Part shown: positions 29,841 through 39,699 of the stretch, in pieces
How the letters are laid out: each line of letters begins with the position of its first letter
How positions within the stretch are numbered: the stretch's first letter is position 1
Origin: Methanobacteriota archaeon
Lineage (GTDB): Archaea; Thermoplasmatota; Poseidoniia; Poseidoniales; Thalassarchaeaceae
Direction: 5' to 3'
DNA: 64,000 nucleotides
NCBI GenBank assembly: GCA_014239955.1
Contig: JAAZXW010000019.1
Coordinates: forward strand, 53,298 to 117,297
Made by a program: the position numbers and the translations under genes
Notes under the pieces: generated by a model
Told to the model about the DNA's origin: nothing
Databases searched by the model: none
Seen by the model: the letters and a program-made list of their open reading frames with translations, nothing else

Positions 29841-30893
29841 ATGAGCGACGATCCTGTTGCCCTCAGGGGGGAAAGTTTAGCGAGACTGCAGTCCTTACTA
29901 GAATCGATAGATGGTTCGCAAGTCACTCTAATTGGTGATACCATGCTGGATAGATACCACTATGGTTTCGCGAACAATCTGAATTCTACTGCACCGGTGC
30001 CAGTGCTGAAGATATTCCAATCTGATGAATCACCTGGCGCATCGGCTCACATCGCTATCGGGCTGACATCATTCGGAATGAAGGTCTCATTTCACACAGC
30101 AATTGGGGATGACGACGAAGGCGAATCGATTATTTCTACCCTCAAGAATATGGATATCAGTCATGATAATATTGTGGAAGTATCAGATAGAATGACGTTG
30201 ACTAAAATTAGATTCTTTGGTAGTAGGGAAAGCCTCCTTGATAGAAAACAAATTCTACTCCAGGCAGACAGAGGCCCCAACGAAACTCTTGATTTGGAAA
30301 TTTCTGACTCACTTACAGAATCAGCCTACTCTTCCATGCCCAATAGTTGCGCATTAGTTATCTCGGATTATGATAAGGGCGTAGTCACACTAGATGGGGC
30401 CCAGTCTCTGATATCCGCTGCAAATAAATTGGGAATCCCTGCTATAGTTGATCCGAAATTGACCGGCCTGGATAAGAGCAAGGGGGCAACTGTTGTTATT
30501 TTTGAGAAGAGGGGGATGGCTCTTTTGTCTAGAAGGATTGGAATGGATGATGATAATGCTGCAAAGCAACTGATGGATGAGTACTCGTGGGATGGGATTC
30601 TCGTACTTGGTGGGATTCATGGCGTCAATCTACATCAAAGAGAAGGCGACAGCATCCACATGCCGTGCATGGCTCCTTCAGCCGAACAACAGATTGGGAT
30701 GCACGATGCAGCTGCTACCTCATTAGCCGCAGCACTGGGCTCCGGACTATCGCTATTTGATGCAGCATTATTGGCTTCAGCAGCATGTGAATGCGTATTA
30801 TCTGCAAGCTCCGGACAAGACTACATCGATCGCGCAACACTGGGATTATGGCTAGATGAGCTGTCTTGGCAAATGAGAATCTCAGATAGATAG
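29841..30893 (+). CDS. PfkB/ribokinase-family kinase similar to the RfaE/HldE domain I
   Basis: IGDTMLDRY, APVPV, ISDYDKGVV, IVDPK. Confidence 0.8.
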   Translation: MSDDPVALRGESLARLQSLLESIDGSQVTLIGDTMLDRYHYGFANNLNSTAPVPVLKIFQSDESPGASAHIAIGLTSFGMKVSFHTAIGDDDEGESIISTLKNMDISHDNIVEVSDRMTLTKIRFFGSRESLLDRKQILLQADRGPNETLDLEISDSLTESAYSSMPNSCALVISDYDKGVVTLDGAQSLISAANKLGIPAIVDPKLTGLDKSKGATVVIFEKRGMALLSRRIGMDDDNAAKQLMDEYSWDGILVLGGIHGVNLHQREGDSIHMPCMAPSAEQQIGMHDAAATSLAAALGSGLSLFDAALLASAACECVLSASSGQDYIDRATLGLWLDELSWQMRISDR

Positions 30894-30939
30894 AGCAGAA
30901 GCCCATGGCATTGAATAGTATTGATTCAGCGCGATTATC

Positions 30940-32472
30940 GTGTTCACCTCAACTACTCGAGGACGCTTGTTGCCCGTCATTGTAGCATTATTGGTAGTGA
31001 CTATCTCGCAATCAACTTCTTTTGCTGAGGATGGAGGGGTTGAATATCCTGCACAAATTACTCTTGAAATCGATGACGGGACCTATATCAATGAAATGAC
31101 AGATGGCTCTAGTACAATTGTATCAGGCACAATACAGGATGAGAAGGCCCCGGATTCTGCAACATGGGAATTACTGGATTCATCGGGCACAAGGCATTAC
31201 GTCGATTTCACAGATGATCTAGTAATCGAATCTGAATCTGGCCCATGGAATGAGTGGTCATTTAGCATAGAAATCAATCCCCTTGTTGTTGGGCCATGCG
31301 CATGTACAATTATCGTTACAGCAATAGATGACTCTGGAATTACGTATACAGAATTGATGTCAATTTTCATTTCTCCTAATTCACACCAGTTACCTCCGAC
31401 TATCCATATTTTCGAGGAATCTCCGGATACATGGTCTAGCCAAGAGCACATTGTAAATGCGATTTCCTGGACCGTTCACCACGCAGAACCAATTTTTGAA
31501 TACACATTTAGTAACTCAACAAATGTGAAGTGTTCAGATGTACAAAGTCTGGATATTTCTGATTTACAAGACGATGGGATAACGCTAAATTCATCTCAGA
31601 TATCATTTGGAGTGAACGAGGATGGTAATCCTGTGGGGCCATTGTCTTTCGCGATAGACATAGCCCAATATTCTGATGGTTGGTATGACTTAGTATTATT
31701 CGCGACTGATCCTTTGAATCAAGAAGTCTCACATGACTGTACTAGTATCAGGGTGGACAACACCGCCCCCGTAGCACTTATCGAAGGTCCGAGCACTATT
31801 CCGGAAGGAATGGGGGCCGTGGCAATAGATGGGTCGACATCGTATGATTTGAACTGGGGGATCCAAGGACTAACCTACATTTGGTCTGTAATTGAAGTCG
31901 GAGGAAGCTCTGCGTTTGGTGCGGAATTTGTTGTGGGCACGGATGGGCGGAGCATCTCAATTTATCCCACTGGATCGGGGATCTATGAGGTCAAATTGAC
32001 CATTATGGATCAAGCTGGCAATATAGGTAGCAAATCTCAAATTATTGAAGTTCAAAATATTGCCCCAATTGTCAGGTTGACAATCGACGGTGTTCCAATT
32101 TCGGATAATGATGAATTCACACTCCCGAGGGATTCCGCATGTCTTATCGATGCATCAGGTTCTATTGATACCCCCAATGATGCAGACAATTTGCGATATG
32201 TCTGGAGAGTCAATAACATCCCTACTTACGAAGGAGAGTCTAGGGAGTTTTCTTGGCCAGAGGGTGTTGATGATGAATTCATTCTAACCATCGAAGTGAT
32301 TGATGATGACTCGAACTCGTCAATGTTTTCAATATTGATAAAGGATACCGACACAAATGGTGCATTACCACTATCGATAATTGCATTAATTCTATCAGCA
32401 GTATTCTTGACCTATTCTGCTGTCAAATTCCGGAATCAGATCAGCGAACCTGAAATTCCGAAATGGTCTTAG
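30940..32472 (+). CDS. Secreted acidic PKD/Ig-like domain surface protein
   Basis: Signal peptide; DNTAP, DGSTSYD..YIW, DASGSID..LRYVW repeats; C-terminal TM helix. Confidence 0.75.
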   Translation: MFTSTTRGRLLPVIVALLVVTISQSTSFAEDGGVEYPAQITLEIDDGTYINEMTDGSSTIVSGTIQDEKAPDSATWELLDSSGTRHYVDFTDDLVIESESGPWNEWSFSIEINPLVVGPCACTIIVTAIDDSGITYTELMSIFISPNSHQLPPTIHIFEESPDTWSSQEHIVNAISWTVHHAEPIFEYTFSNSTNVKCSDVQSLDISDLQDDGITLNSSQISFGVNEDGNPVGPLSFAIDIAQYSDGWYDLVLFATDPLNQEVSHDCTSIRVDNTAPVALIEGPSTIPEGMGAVAIDGSTSYDLNWGIQGLTYIWSVIEVGGSSAFGAEFVVGTDGRSISIYPTGSGIYEVKLTIMDQAGNIGSKSQIIEVQNIAPIVRLTIDGVPISDNDEFTLPRDSACLIDASGSIDTPNDADNLRYVWRVNNIPTYEGESREFSWPEGVDDEFILTIEVIDDDSNSSMFSILIKDTDTNGALPLSIIALILSAVFLTYSAVKFRNQISEPEIPKWS

Positions 32473-32511
32473 TCGTAGAAAGACCAAAAGGCAGAATCAG
32501 GAGGGAGGTAC

Positions 32512-33813
32512 ATGGTCTTGCCTTTCAAATCATCAGAGTACATCAACCGTCAAGAAAGGCTGTTTGCAGAATTACCCGAATCTAGCGTACTGATCATCCC
32601 GACCAACGACAGAAAATTCCGATCCAACGATGTTGGTTATCCTTACAGGGCCAATTCCTACATTCTGTACTTATGTGGTTGGGAGGAGCCAGAAGGCGTA
32701 TTTGTTGCCAATAACAAATCTGGCAGCTGGGAAACCATTCTCTTCGTACCGCCACGTGATACTAAGAAGGAGATATGGGAGGGAAAAAGGATAGGCGTTG
32801 ATGGTGCTACAACATGGCCAGTAAATGCTACAGATTCCATAGAAAGTGCCGAATCATACATTTCCGAATATATTTCTGACTCTCATAACATATTTACTAC
32901 GCTAGGAGTTTCGAGTATCATAGATGATATGTTGAACAATCGTGATGACATTACTGATCCAAGGGCCATACTTGATCCAATGCGGCGAATAAAATCGTCT
33001 AGAGAGATTGAACACATGCAAGAAGCTGCAAGAATAGGCTCAGAAGCCCATATTCGTGCTATGGAGGTAGCATTACCCGGAATAGGTGAGTGGCGGATTC
33101 AGTCTGCTATAGAGGGCTATTTCATGGATTGCAAGAGTCAATGGAGTTACCCCTCAATTGTCGGTGGTGGCGAAAATGGCACTATTTTGCATTACAATAC
33201 AAATATGTCTGAGGTGAATGATGGAGAACTAGTTCTCGTTGATGCTGGATGTGAAGTACATGGTTATGCATCTGATATCACTAGAACTTGGCCGGTTAAT
33301 GGCAAGTTCACCGATCCTCAGAAGGAAATTTACGAGTTGGTTCTCAAGGCCGAACTTGCTGGGATTGAGGCATGTCAAAATGGGTCTACTTGGGTTTCTA
33401 TTCACACAGCGACATCCCAAGTTCTTGCCGCTGGTCTAATCGAACTTGGCGTCTTAGATTGCACTCTAGACGAAGCAATAGGCGATCCAGTCAAATTCGA
33501 TGGCCCATATAGGAACTTCTTCATGCATGGAACTGGGCATTTCCTAGGCCTAGATGTCCACGATGTTGGTGGGGGTAGGCAAGGAGATGATGGCAAAGGG
33601 CCCATATTGGAGCCGGGAATGGTCCTAACTGTAGAACCGGGGTTATACTTTGGAGGCTGGAGAACCGATGTAGAAATTCCAGAAAGGTACTCAGGCATAG
33701 GAATACGCATAGAAGATGACATCCTCATTACTGAAGAAGGTCCAGTGGTCCTATCGTCATCATGTCCCAAAGAGATTCAAGAAATTGAGATGATTGTTGG
33801 CACTGGTGCGTAA
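32512..33813 (+). CDS. pepP: Xaa-Pro aminopeptidase
   Basis: ILHY, VDAGCE, SDITRTWP, HGTGHFLGLDVHD, TVEPGLY, GIRIEDD. Confidence 0.93.
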   Translation: MVLPFKSSEYINRQERLFAELPESSVLIIPTNDRKFRSNDVGYPYRANSYILYLCGWEEPEGVFVANNKSGSWETILFVPPRDTKKEIWEGKRIGVDGATTWPVNATDSIESAESYISEYISDSHNIFTTLGVSSIIDDMLNNRDDITDPRAILDPMRRIKSSREIEHMQEAARIGSEAHIRAMEVALPGIGEWRIQSAIEGYFMDCKSQWSYPSIVGGGENGTILHYNTNMSEVNDGELVLVDAGCEVHGYASDITRTWPVNGKFTDPQKEIYELVLKAELAGIEACQNGSTWVSIHTATSQVLAAGLIELGVLDCTLDEAIGDPVKFDGPYRNFFMHGTGHFLGLDVHDVGGGRQGDDGKGPILEPGMVLTVEPGLYFGGWRTDVEIPERYSGIGIRIEDDILITEEGPVVLSSSCPKEIQEIEMIVGTGA

Positions 33814-33814
33814 T

Positions 33815-34963
33815 ATGGCAAACTGGCAGGATATTCTGGAGACTCAACTTGAGACATTCCCTGCCCCCATCTCTGTAGAAGAAGCCGCCATACTATATTC
33901 TGATGCTTCATTAAATGACCTAATGTTTGTTGCAATGGAAAGGAGACATGAACAAGTACCGGGAAACTTAGTCACATTCTTGATTGATCGAAATATCAAT
34001 TACACAAATGTTTGCACAATAAACTGCCACTTCTGTTCCTTCTACAGAACCCCTGGGCACGAGGAAAGCTATACTCAGACAATAGACGAGATTAGTGAGC
34101 GCATTGAGGAGTTAGAAAGTTTGGGTGGTAGCAGGATATTGATGCAGGGAGGGGTAAACCCGGAGCTTCCATTTGAGTGGTATACTGACCTCTTATCTGA
34201 ACTGTCAATTAGGCACCCCAGTATTTCATTGGATTGTTTCTCACCCATCGAGATTGAGGGAATTGCCGAAGTATCGGGGTTCTCTACTCTCGAAGTTCTT
34301 TCTAGATTCCGAGACTCCGGCTTACATGGCCTGCCCGGTGGAGGCGCTGAGATGTTGGTGGATAGCGTCCGAAGTGGCATTTCACCACGCAAAGGATCTT
34401 CCGAAAATTGGCTCAAAGTCATGGGTGAGGCCCAGTCCCTGGGGCTAATTACTTCTGCAACCAATGTATTCGGATTCGGAGAAAGCCACTTCCAACGTAT
34501 GGAACATATGGAGAAAATAAGAAGCCTCCAGGATAAATCAATATCATCGGGATATCCTGGTTTTACCTCCTTCATTTCGTGGCCTGTGATGCTGGAAAAC
34601 AACGCCTTCGGAAAAATCGGGCGTCGGAGGAATTTGATGGGCCTAGGGGCTGGGGCAGTGGAATATCTGCGGCATGTGGCCGTTTCGAGGCTTTTCATGA
34701 GCAATATTGACCATATTCAATCTTCATGGCCGACAATGGGTCTGGGGGTAGCTCAGATTGCATTGTCTGCCGGTGCCGACGATATCGGCTCAACGATGAT
34801 GGAGGAGAACGTTGTTTCTGCTTCAGGAACTACGAAGACAATGGCTTCTGTACAAGAACTGAAGGATTCGATAATTGACAGTGGGTTCACCCCGGCACTT
34901 CGGGATTCGGAGTATAATTTACTGAATCTGTTTGGTGTAAAAGAAATTGCACTAGAAGTTTGA
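33815..34963 (+). CDS. mqnC: Cyclic dehypoxanthinyl futalosine synthase (radical SAM)
   Basis: DRNINYTNVCTINCHFC, LMQGG, LPGGGAE, IQSSW, GADDIGSTMMEENVVS. Confidence 0.88.
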   Translation: MANWQDILETQLETFPAPISVEEAAILYSDASLNDLMFVAMERRHEQVPGNLVTFLIDRNINYTNVCTINCHFCSFYRTPGHEESYTQTIDEISERIEELESLGGSRILMQGGVNPELPFEWYTDLLSELSIRHPSISLDCFSPIEIEGIAEVSGFSTLEVLSRFRDSGLHGLPGGGAEMLVDSVRSGISPRKGSSENWLKVMGEAQSLGLITSATNVFGFGESHFQRMEHMEKIRSLQDKSISSGYPGFTSFISWPVMLENNAFGKIGRRRNLMGLGAGAVEYLRHVAVSRLFMSNIDHIQSSWPTMGLGVAQIALSAGADDIGSTMMEENVVSASGTTKTMASVQELKDSIIDSGFTPALRDSEYNLLNLFGVKEIALEV

Positions 34964-36049
34964 AAGCTCGGCCCTACCGCTTATTACGGGCGCAACCTCA
35001 ATCACTGTATCCAATTTTGAATTTGGCATAAATACAGGCGCAACCCACTTAATTTTTCTACCGTCAGAACCAACGAACTCGATAATAATCTCCCAATGTA
35101 TTGCGATAAGTGACGAGTAAACTGATCCGGGCCATTGGCCCCTAGGAAGGGCTAATTTGAATGGGGAACCCACATCAATATCGGTTGCCCATGGGCCATG
35201 GCTCATGATTCTAAGTGGTTCAAGAATAACTGATTTCTTTGATGTAGATTGCATTGGAGTGGATTCGCCTACGCCAGCACCTACCTCATCACCCGGTGAA
35301 ACACGTTTCTCAGGGAGTTTTGTGGACATTCCTGGCGATGGCTGACCTCTGTCATTCCTGCCCAGTGAAGCTAGCAATGCACTCCTCTCTGGGGTCGGCA
35401 CTCCGACCTGGATTCTAGCTCGTGACAGCGAAATGCCAGTATCGATTTCTTCGATCGTTACTTCCGAAGTATCCCTATCGGTATGGATAGAAAACTTAGG
35501 ATCTTGAAAGGGTGTTCTATATATCGATGATTGCCTAGAAATATCTCTGAAATTTGCAATCGTTCGGAATAGGAGTGGGAGGAGAAAAAGAGGGAATGTG
35601 TAGAATAGGAGTCTGGGGTATTCCAAAGGCCCTAAGGTGACTGAACCTGCTATGATAGTGCCAATGATTCCATATTCTACAAGCCCGGGTTCTATGGCAT
35701 GAACAAATAGTGAAACAATGAGGAGCACTACTGTGGGCTTAATCAACCTCCTAGAGATATTGTGAAGAGGATCGGGATCTACAAACCAACCCTTGCGAGA
35801 GCTGGTCAGAAAACTTGGCGCAGTATCACGAATTTCACACTCCAAGTGGAACTTGGTGGCATCTTCGTCACTACAATCCACCCATTCTACGAACCAGCCA
35901 TCATCAGTTCCAATTTTGAAATTCCTAAGGCTGTCGTCATTAACATCGACTACTATCTCTGAAATGGGTACATTTCTGGGTTCCATATTCCCTAGTTCGA
36001 ATGGTGGATACCTGATTCTCTGGAGTGTTCGACGCATTATTTGCCCCAC
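34952..36049 (-). CDS. Hypothetical membrane protein (2 TM)
   Basis: Long ORF overlapping the end of the upstream geranylgeranyl reductase gene. Confidence 0.65.
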   Translation of the reverse strand: MGQIMRRTLQRIRYPPFELGNMEPRNVPISEIVVDVNDDSLRNFKIGTDDGWFVEWVDCSDEDATKFHLECEIRDTAPSFLTSSRKGWFVDPDPLHNISRRLIKPTVVLLIVSLFVHAIEPGLVEYGIIGTIIAGSVTLGPLEYPRLLFYTFPLFLLPLLFRTIANFRDISRQSSIYRTPFQDPKFSIHTDRDTSEVTIEEIDTGISLSRARIQVGVPTPERSALLASLGRNDRGQPSPGMSTKLPEKRVSPGDEVGAGVGESTPMQSTSKKSVILEPLRIMSHGPWATDIDVGSPFKLALPRGQWPGSVYSSLIAIHWEIIIEFVGSDGRKIKWVAPVFMPNSKLDTVIEVAPVISGRAELSNF

Positions 36050-37257
36050 AGAATAGCCTTTGCTGCCCGCCCAGCAAGCCTCCTGAATTCAGGAACCTCC
36101 CGGAGCATCTTTATTCCCAGCGGAATCGGATTCTCAATGTCACCAAATTCATTGATCAGGTGTGTTACTTCAGGCCTGGCCCAAACAGAAAATATGCTTT
36201 CGAGCTCTGAGTCATCCATCTCAGTGAGAAAAGCATCCCTAAGCGCTCTCTTCTTCCTCTGATCCCTCTTCATTTCTTTGAGAGTACCTGATAACTTCCG
36301 CATCCTTGCATCGCTCAGATCATTATCAAATATTGACTTGCTTAACAATGGGGCCAACATGTCAACTTGTTTGAATCCCGGGCCAATTCCACCTCCAGTA
36401 GTTGGTTTGCAGATGCCTGCAGCATCACCGAACAACGCCACCCTCTCTCTCATCGGCCGCCCGACAATTCCACTTGGAATCGGGCCGCAGAAACGTCCAA
36501 CTTCCGAGCAAAGTGAGAATCGAGCATTTAGGGAATCATCGGCCATTAAACGAGACATGTATTCTTCACTAGAAGCCCCATCCATTAGTTGTGCCTTTGT
36601 CCATGTCCCAATTCTTGTTGTCTCACCCGCGGGTATCGCCCAGCTGAAAAATCCTGGAGCAATTTCCATTCCAGTGTACATGTCGAGCATCCCCTCGTCT
36701 CCAGCGTACCCAGTAACCTCGATTTGGAATCCTATCATCGTCTCAGTCGGATTGCCCATTCTGAATTTCCTCCGAACCCACGAGTGCGCCCCATCGGCAC
36801 CACAGAGTAATTTACATCGTATTGTATCGGCACCATTTACGCCGTCAATCTTCAATTCAACGTAATCACTATGGATATTCGCCGAGATCGGTTTAGTAGA
36901 AAGTAAAATTTCCGTTCCAGAGGCAATTGACTGCATGACAACGGCCTCGTCGAATATCTTCCGACATACGGAATATGTTCTGGGAATGTTAGGGTCCCCT
37001 ATAGTGACCATTTTTCCAGAAGGACTGTGGATATTTGCCCCCCAGATAGTTGTTAGAATTGAATTCTCTAGGCCAATAGTTTCCATAACAACGGGATTTA
37101 CGAGGCCGGCACATTGGAATGGCCGACCAATTTCATTATGTTCCTCTAAAAGAAGCACGCTGTGCCCATATTCATTGAGTTTCTTGGAGAGATAACCGCC
37201 TATTGGGCCGGCTCCAACTACAACGACATCGAATTCTTGGACCATGGTCCTCGCCAC
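36037..37257 (-). CDS. Geranylgeranyl reductase family (DGGGPL reductase-like)
   Basis: VVGAGPIG, PFQCAG, GADG, APGFFSWAIP, GDAAG..KPTTGGGI. Confidence 0.88.
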   Translation of the reverse strand: MARTMVQEFDVVVVGAGPIGGYLSKKLNEYGHSVLLLEEHNEIGRPFQCAGLVNPVVMETIGLENSILTTIWGANIHSPSGKMVTIGDPNIPRTYSVCRKIFDEAVVMQSIASGTEILLSTKPISANIHSDYVELKIDGVNGADTIRCKLLCGADGAHSWVRRKFRMGNPTETMIGFQIEVTGYAGDEGMLDMYTGMEIAPGFFSWAIPAGETTRIGTWTKAQLMDGASSEEYMSRLMADDSLNARFSLCSEVGRFCGPIPSGIVGRPMRERVALFGDAAGICKPTTGGGIGPGFKQVDMLAPLLSKSIFDNDLSDARMRKLSGTLKEMKRDQRKKRALRDAFLTEMDDSELESIFSVWARPEVTHLINEFGDIENPIPLGIKMLREVPEFRRLAGRAAKAILWGK

Positions 37258-37262
37258 ACTAG

Positions 37263-39518
37263 CTACTTTTTGGTCCGGCGCTTCGAATTTATTGTTTTCT
37301 TTAGATTTCCTATGAGAATGCTTGCATCGGACTTGGTAATGGTGTGAATTGATTCGGTTTTGATAGCATCCATAGCTTCTTCGATTGGCATTTCTAGCGA
37401 ATCAGTCATAGAGATTATTGTAGCAACCTGCTTTTCCGTAGCAGGAGAATTTTTGTCTAACTCAATTAGAGCCCCGATTGCATCGCTTGCTGAGCCCCCC
37501 CTTCCACCTGTTAACTCACTAATGTCCGATTCCCCCATTTCATTCAAGAATTTACTCAAGTCTATATTTAGACGATCAGCTAGTTTCAAAATAGTAGCAA
37601 TTTGTTTTTCGCTTGGGGGGATATTTGATTGCACCGATTCACTGAGGCCATCAATAATGGTTCTTACTTCCTCTCCAGTCAGTTCTTCGACGGATTTATC
37701 TCCGATGGTATCAATTCGATCTTCTTCAGTCATCCTATTCAATATCGCCTGGAGATACTGAATCTGCCTTACTGTTGGTTTTTCACGACGCTTCTCCAGT
37801 GCTATGTTATGCATGTCCCTGAATGTTTCAACAAATTGTGACCACTGGTCAGGTGCACTTTCTTCGCCCGCCTCAATTTGGTCTAATTTTTTTTCCATAT
37901 TGGAAGTGAAGTCATATGAAAACAATCCTTGCTCATAAACCTCAGTCTCATTGTAAAAGGGCGCCACTTCAATCCACAGGGTTCTACCATTAATTGTTGG
38001 AATCAATGACGAACCATCTTTTTCGACGTATTTGCGGTCAACTAACTTAGTCACAGTCGATACGTATGTTGAAGGCCTGCCAATTCCGTCTTTCTTCATT
38101 TGCTGAATGATCGAGCTTTCAGAGAATCTCCTTGGGGGTTTAGTGAAATCCGTAGTCATATTTGCATCATCATCGATAGCCCATGAGGTACCGACGGTGA
38201 AACCAATTTCTGGAGGCTGTGTTTGGACGGCATTAGATGACCACGAGAATACCTCTTCCCATCCAGAATGTGTCCTCCATGAGGAGGTACCAGTAACAGG
38301 GACCTCCAATCCGCTACAAGAGAATGACATACTACGTCTTTCTCGAATCGAGTTGGACATCTGGCTAGCTGCAAAACGAGACCATATCAGCGTGTAGAGG
38401 GCCTTTTCATCGCGATCATCACCAGCAATTTCCATAATTGGATTCGTCGGCCTAATTGCTTCGTGCGCGTCTTGCACGTTCCCCTTCTTTTTTCCGGATT
38501 CTCCGACCCCAGCTCCTAGGTAATCCTTGCCAAATTTTGATTCGATATGTTTTCTCATATCATTTCTAGCAGATATATTCGTTCTTGTTGAGTCTGTTCG
38601 AATGTATGTTATGTGGCCTGATTGGTATAGTGTTGAGGCAATTTTACTGGTTTTTGATATTGACCAACCTAGTGTTGAGCTGGAAGTCTGAAGCATTGTA
38701 TCAGTGGTAAATGGGGCCTTCGGACGTCTATTAACGGTGCCATCCTTGACAGATTCTAGATTCAGTGAACGTTCTGAATTGATTACTTCTAATGCAACCT
38801 TTGCTTGACCTGTATTGGAAGTTCTATCGGGGAAATGCTTTCCATCGTCATCGAACCATGCTTCGGAATCAACAGATTCATGAAACCTCACCTTGAGTTC
38901 AATACCATTTGAAAATGCGCTAACTGAGTTGTACTCCTTGGGTACGTGAGCTTCTCTTTCTAGTTCTCTTTCCACGATATATCCTAATGTTGGAGTTTGA
39001 ACCCTGCCCATAGATCTGAGTTTCCACGAGCGGCAAAATTTTGAACACCTAAATCCAACAAGCCTATCCATCAGCCTCCTTACAATTGCAGCATTGACTA
39101 AATCCATATCCAGATCTTGTGGATTGGAAATTGCCGAAATCACAGCATCCTTTGTGATTTCATTAAATGAAACCCTATGCACTGGACCGAAGTCAGACAA
39201 TATCTCAGTCAAACGCCATGCAATAAACTCGCCTTCTCGATCAGGATCCGTTGCGATGTATACCTCATCTACGCCTGATTTTTTGGCCTTAGAGGTAATT
39301 TTCGACATTACTCTCTCAGCCCTATCTGTCCATGACCAAGGTGGTTTTGGCAATTCTCCAGGATTCGAAGCCCACATTGCTTTGGAGCTATCCTTGCTCT
39401 TCCTGTTCGAAGGAAGATCTTGGACGTGACCATTACATGCGTCTACTATCCAACCTTTGCCAAGATATTTTTTGATGGTTCTGGCCTTGGCGCCAGACTC
39501 AAGAATTACGAGTTTCAA
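37263..39518 (-). CDS. topA: Type IA DNA topoisomerase
   Basis: ESGAKARTI, ATDPDREGE, GRVQTPTL, ITYIRTDS, QDAHEAIRPT, GIGRPSTY. Confidence 0.95.
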   Translation of the reverse strand: MKLVILESGAKARTIKKYLGKGWIVDACNGHVQDLPSNRKSKDSSKAMWASNPGELPKPPWSWTDRAERVMSKITSKAKKSGVDEVYIATDPDREGEFIAWRLTEILSDFGPVHRVSFNEITKDAVISAISNPQDLDMDLVNAAIVRRLMDRLVGFRCSKFCRSWKLRSMGRVQTPTLGYIVERELEREAHVPKEYNSVSAFSNGIELKVRFHESVDSEAWFDDDGKHFPDRTSNTGQAKVALEVINSERSLNLESVKDGTVNRRPKAPFTTDTMLQTSSSTLGWSISKTSKIASTLYQSGHITYIRTDSTRTNISARNDMRKHIESKFGKDYLGAGVGESGKKKGNVQDAHEAIRPTNPIMEIAGDDRDEKALYTLIWSRFAASQMSNSIRERRSMSFSCSGLEVPVTGTSSWRTHSGWEEVFSWSSNAVQTQPPEIGFTVGTSWAIDDDANMTTDFTKPPRRFSESSIIQQMKKDGIGRPSTYVSTVTKLVDRKYVEKDGSSLIPTINGRTLWIEVAPFYNETEVYEQGLFSYDFTSNMEKKLDQIEAGEESAPDQWSQFVETFRDMHNIALEKRREKPTVRQIQYLQAILNRMTEEDRIDTIGDKSVEELTGEEVRTIIDGLSESVQSNIPPSEKQIATILKLADRLNIDLSKFLNEMGESDISELTGGRGGSASDAIGALIELDKNSPATEKQVATIISMTDSLEMPIEEAMDAIKTESIHTITKSDASILIGNLKKTINSKRRTKK

Positions 39519-39588
39519 TATTACTCCTCAGGATTTGAATCGCCGCAACATGCCCTGTATAAACATGAGTGATGAGATGGTGCTGCAA

Positions 39589-39616
39589 CGCGCGCGCTCG
39601 CGCGCTCGCGCGTGTA
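39589..39616. promoter_or_regulatory. Alternating (CG)n tract in the topA/pyrD divergent promoter
   Basis: CGCGCGCGCTCGCGCGCTCGCGCGTGTA in AT-rich surroundings. Confidence 0.6.
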
Positions 39617-39635
39617 ACCGAATGTAATTGGCTAC

Positions 39636-39653
39636 AAAAATTGAATTTTTCAA
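39636..39653. promoter_or_regulatory. AT-rich palindrome (possible operator)
   Basis: AAAAATT-G-AATTTTT overlapping TTGAA-TTT-TTCAA. Confidence 0.35.
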
Positions 39654-39699
39654 TATTTCATGCGTAACTATTGAAGAATAGATTCGATTGGCAACATTG

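Noticed and set aside
34075-34704. Long antisense ORFs (209 aa here; also 36278-36865, 13823-14389, 15464-15985)
   Set aside because: Shadow frames of well-supported genes with no recognisable motifs.
39519-39699. Replication origin or dif site
   Set aside because: No adjacent cdc6/orc1, no ORB-like repeats and no recognisable 11-6-11 dif arms; skew cannot be computed by eye.
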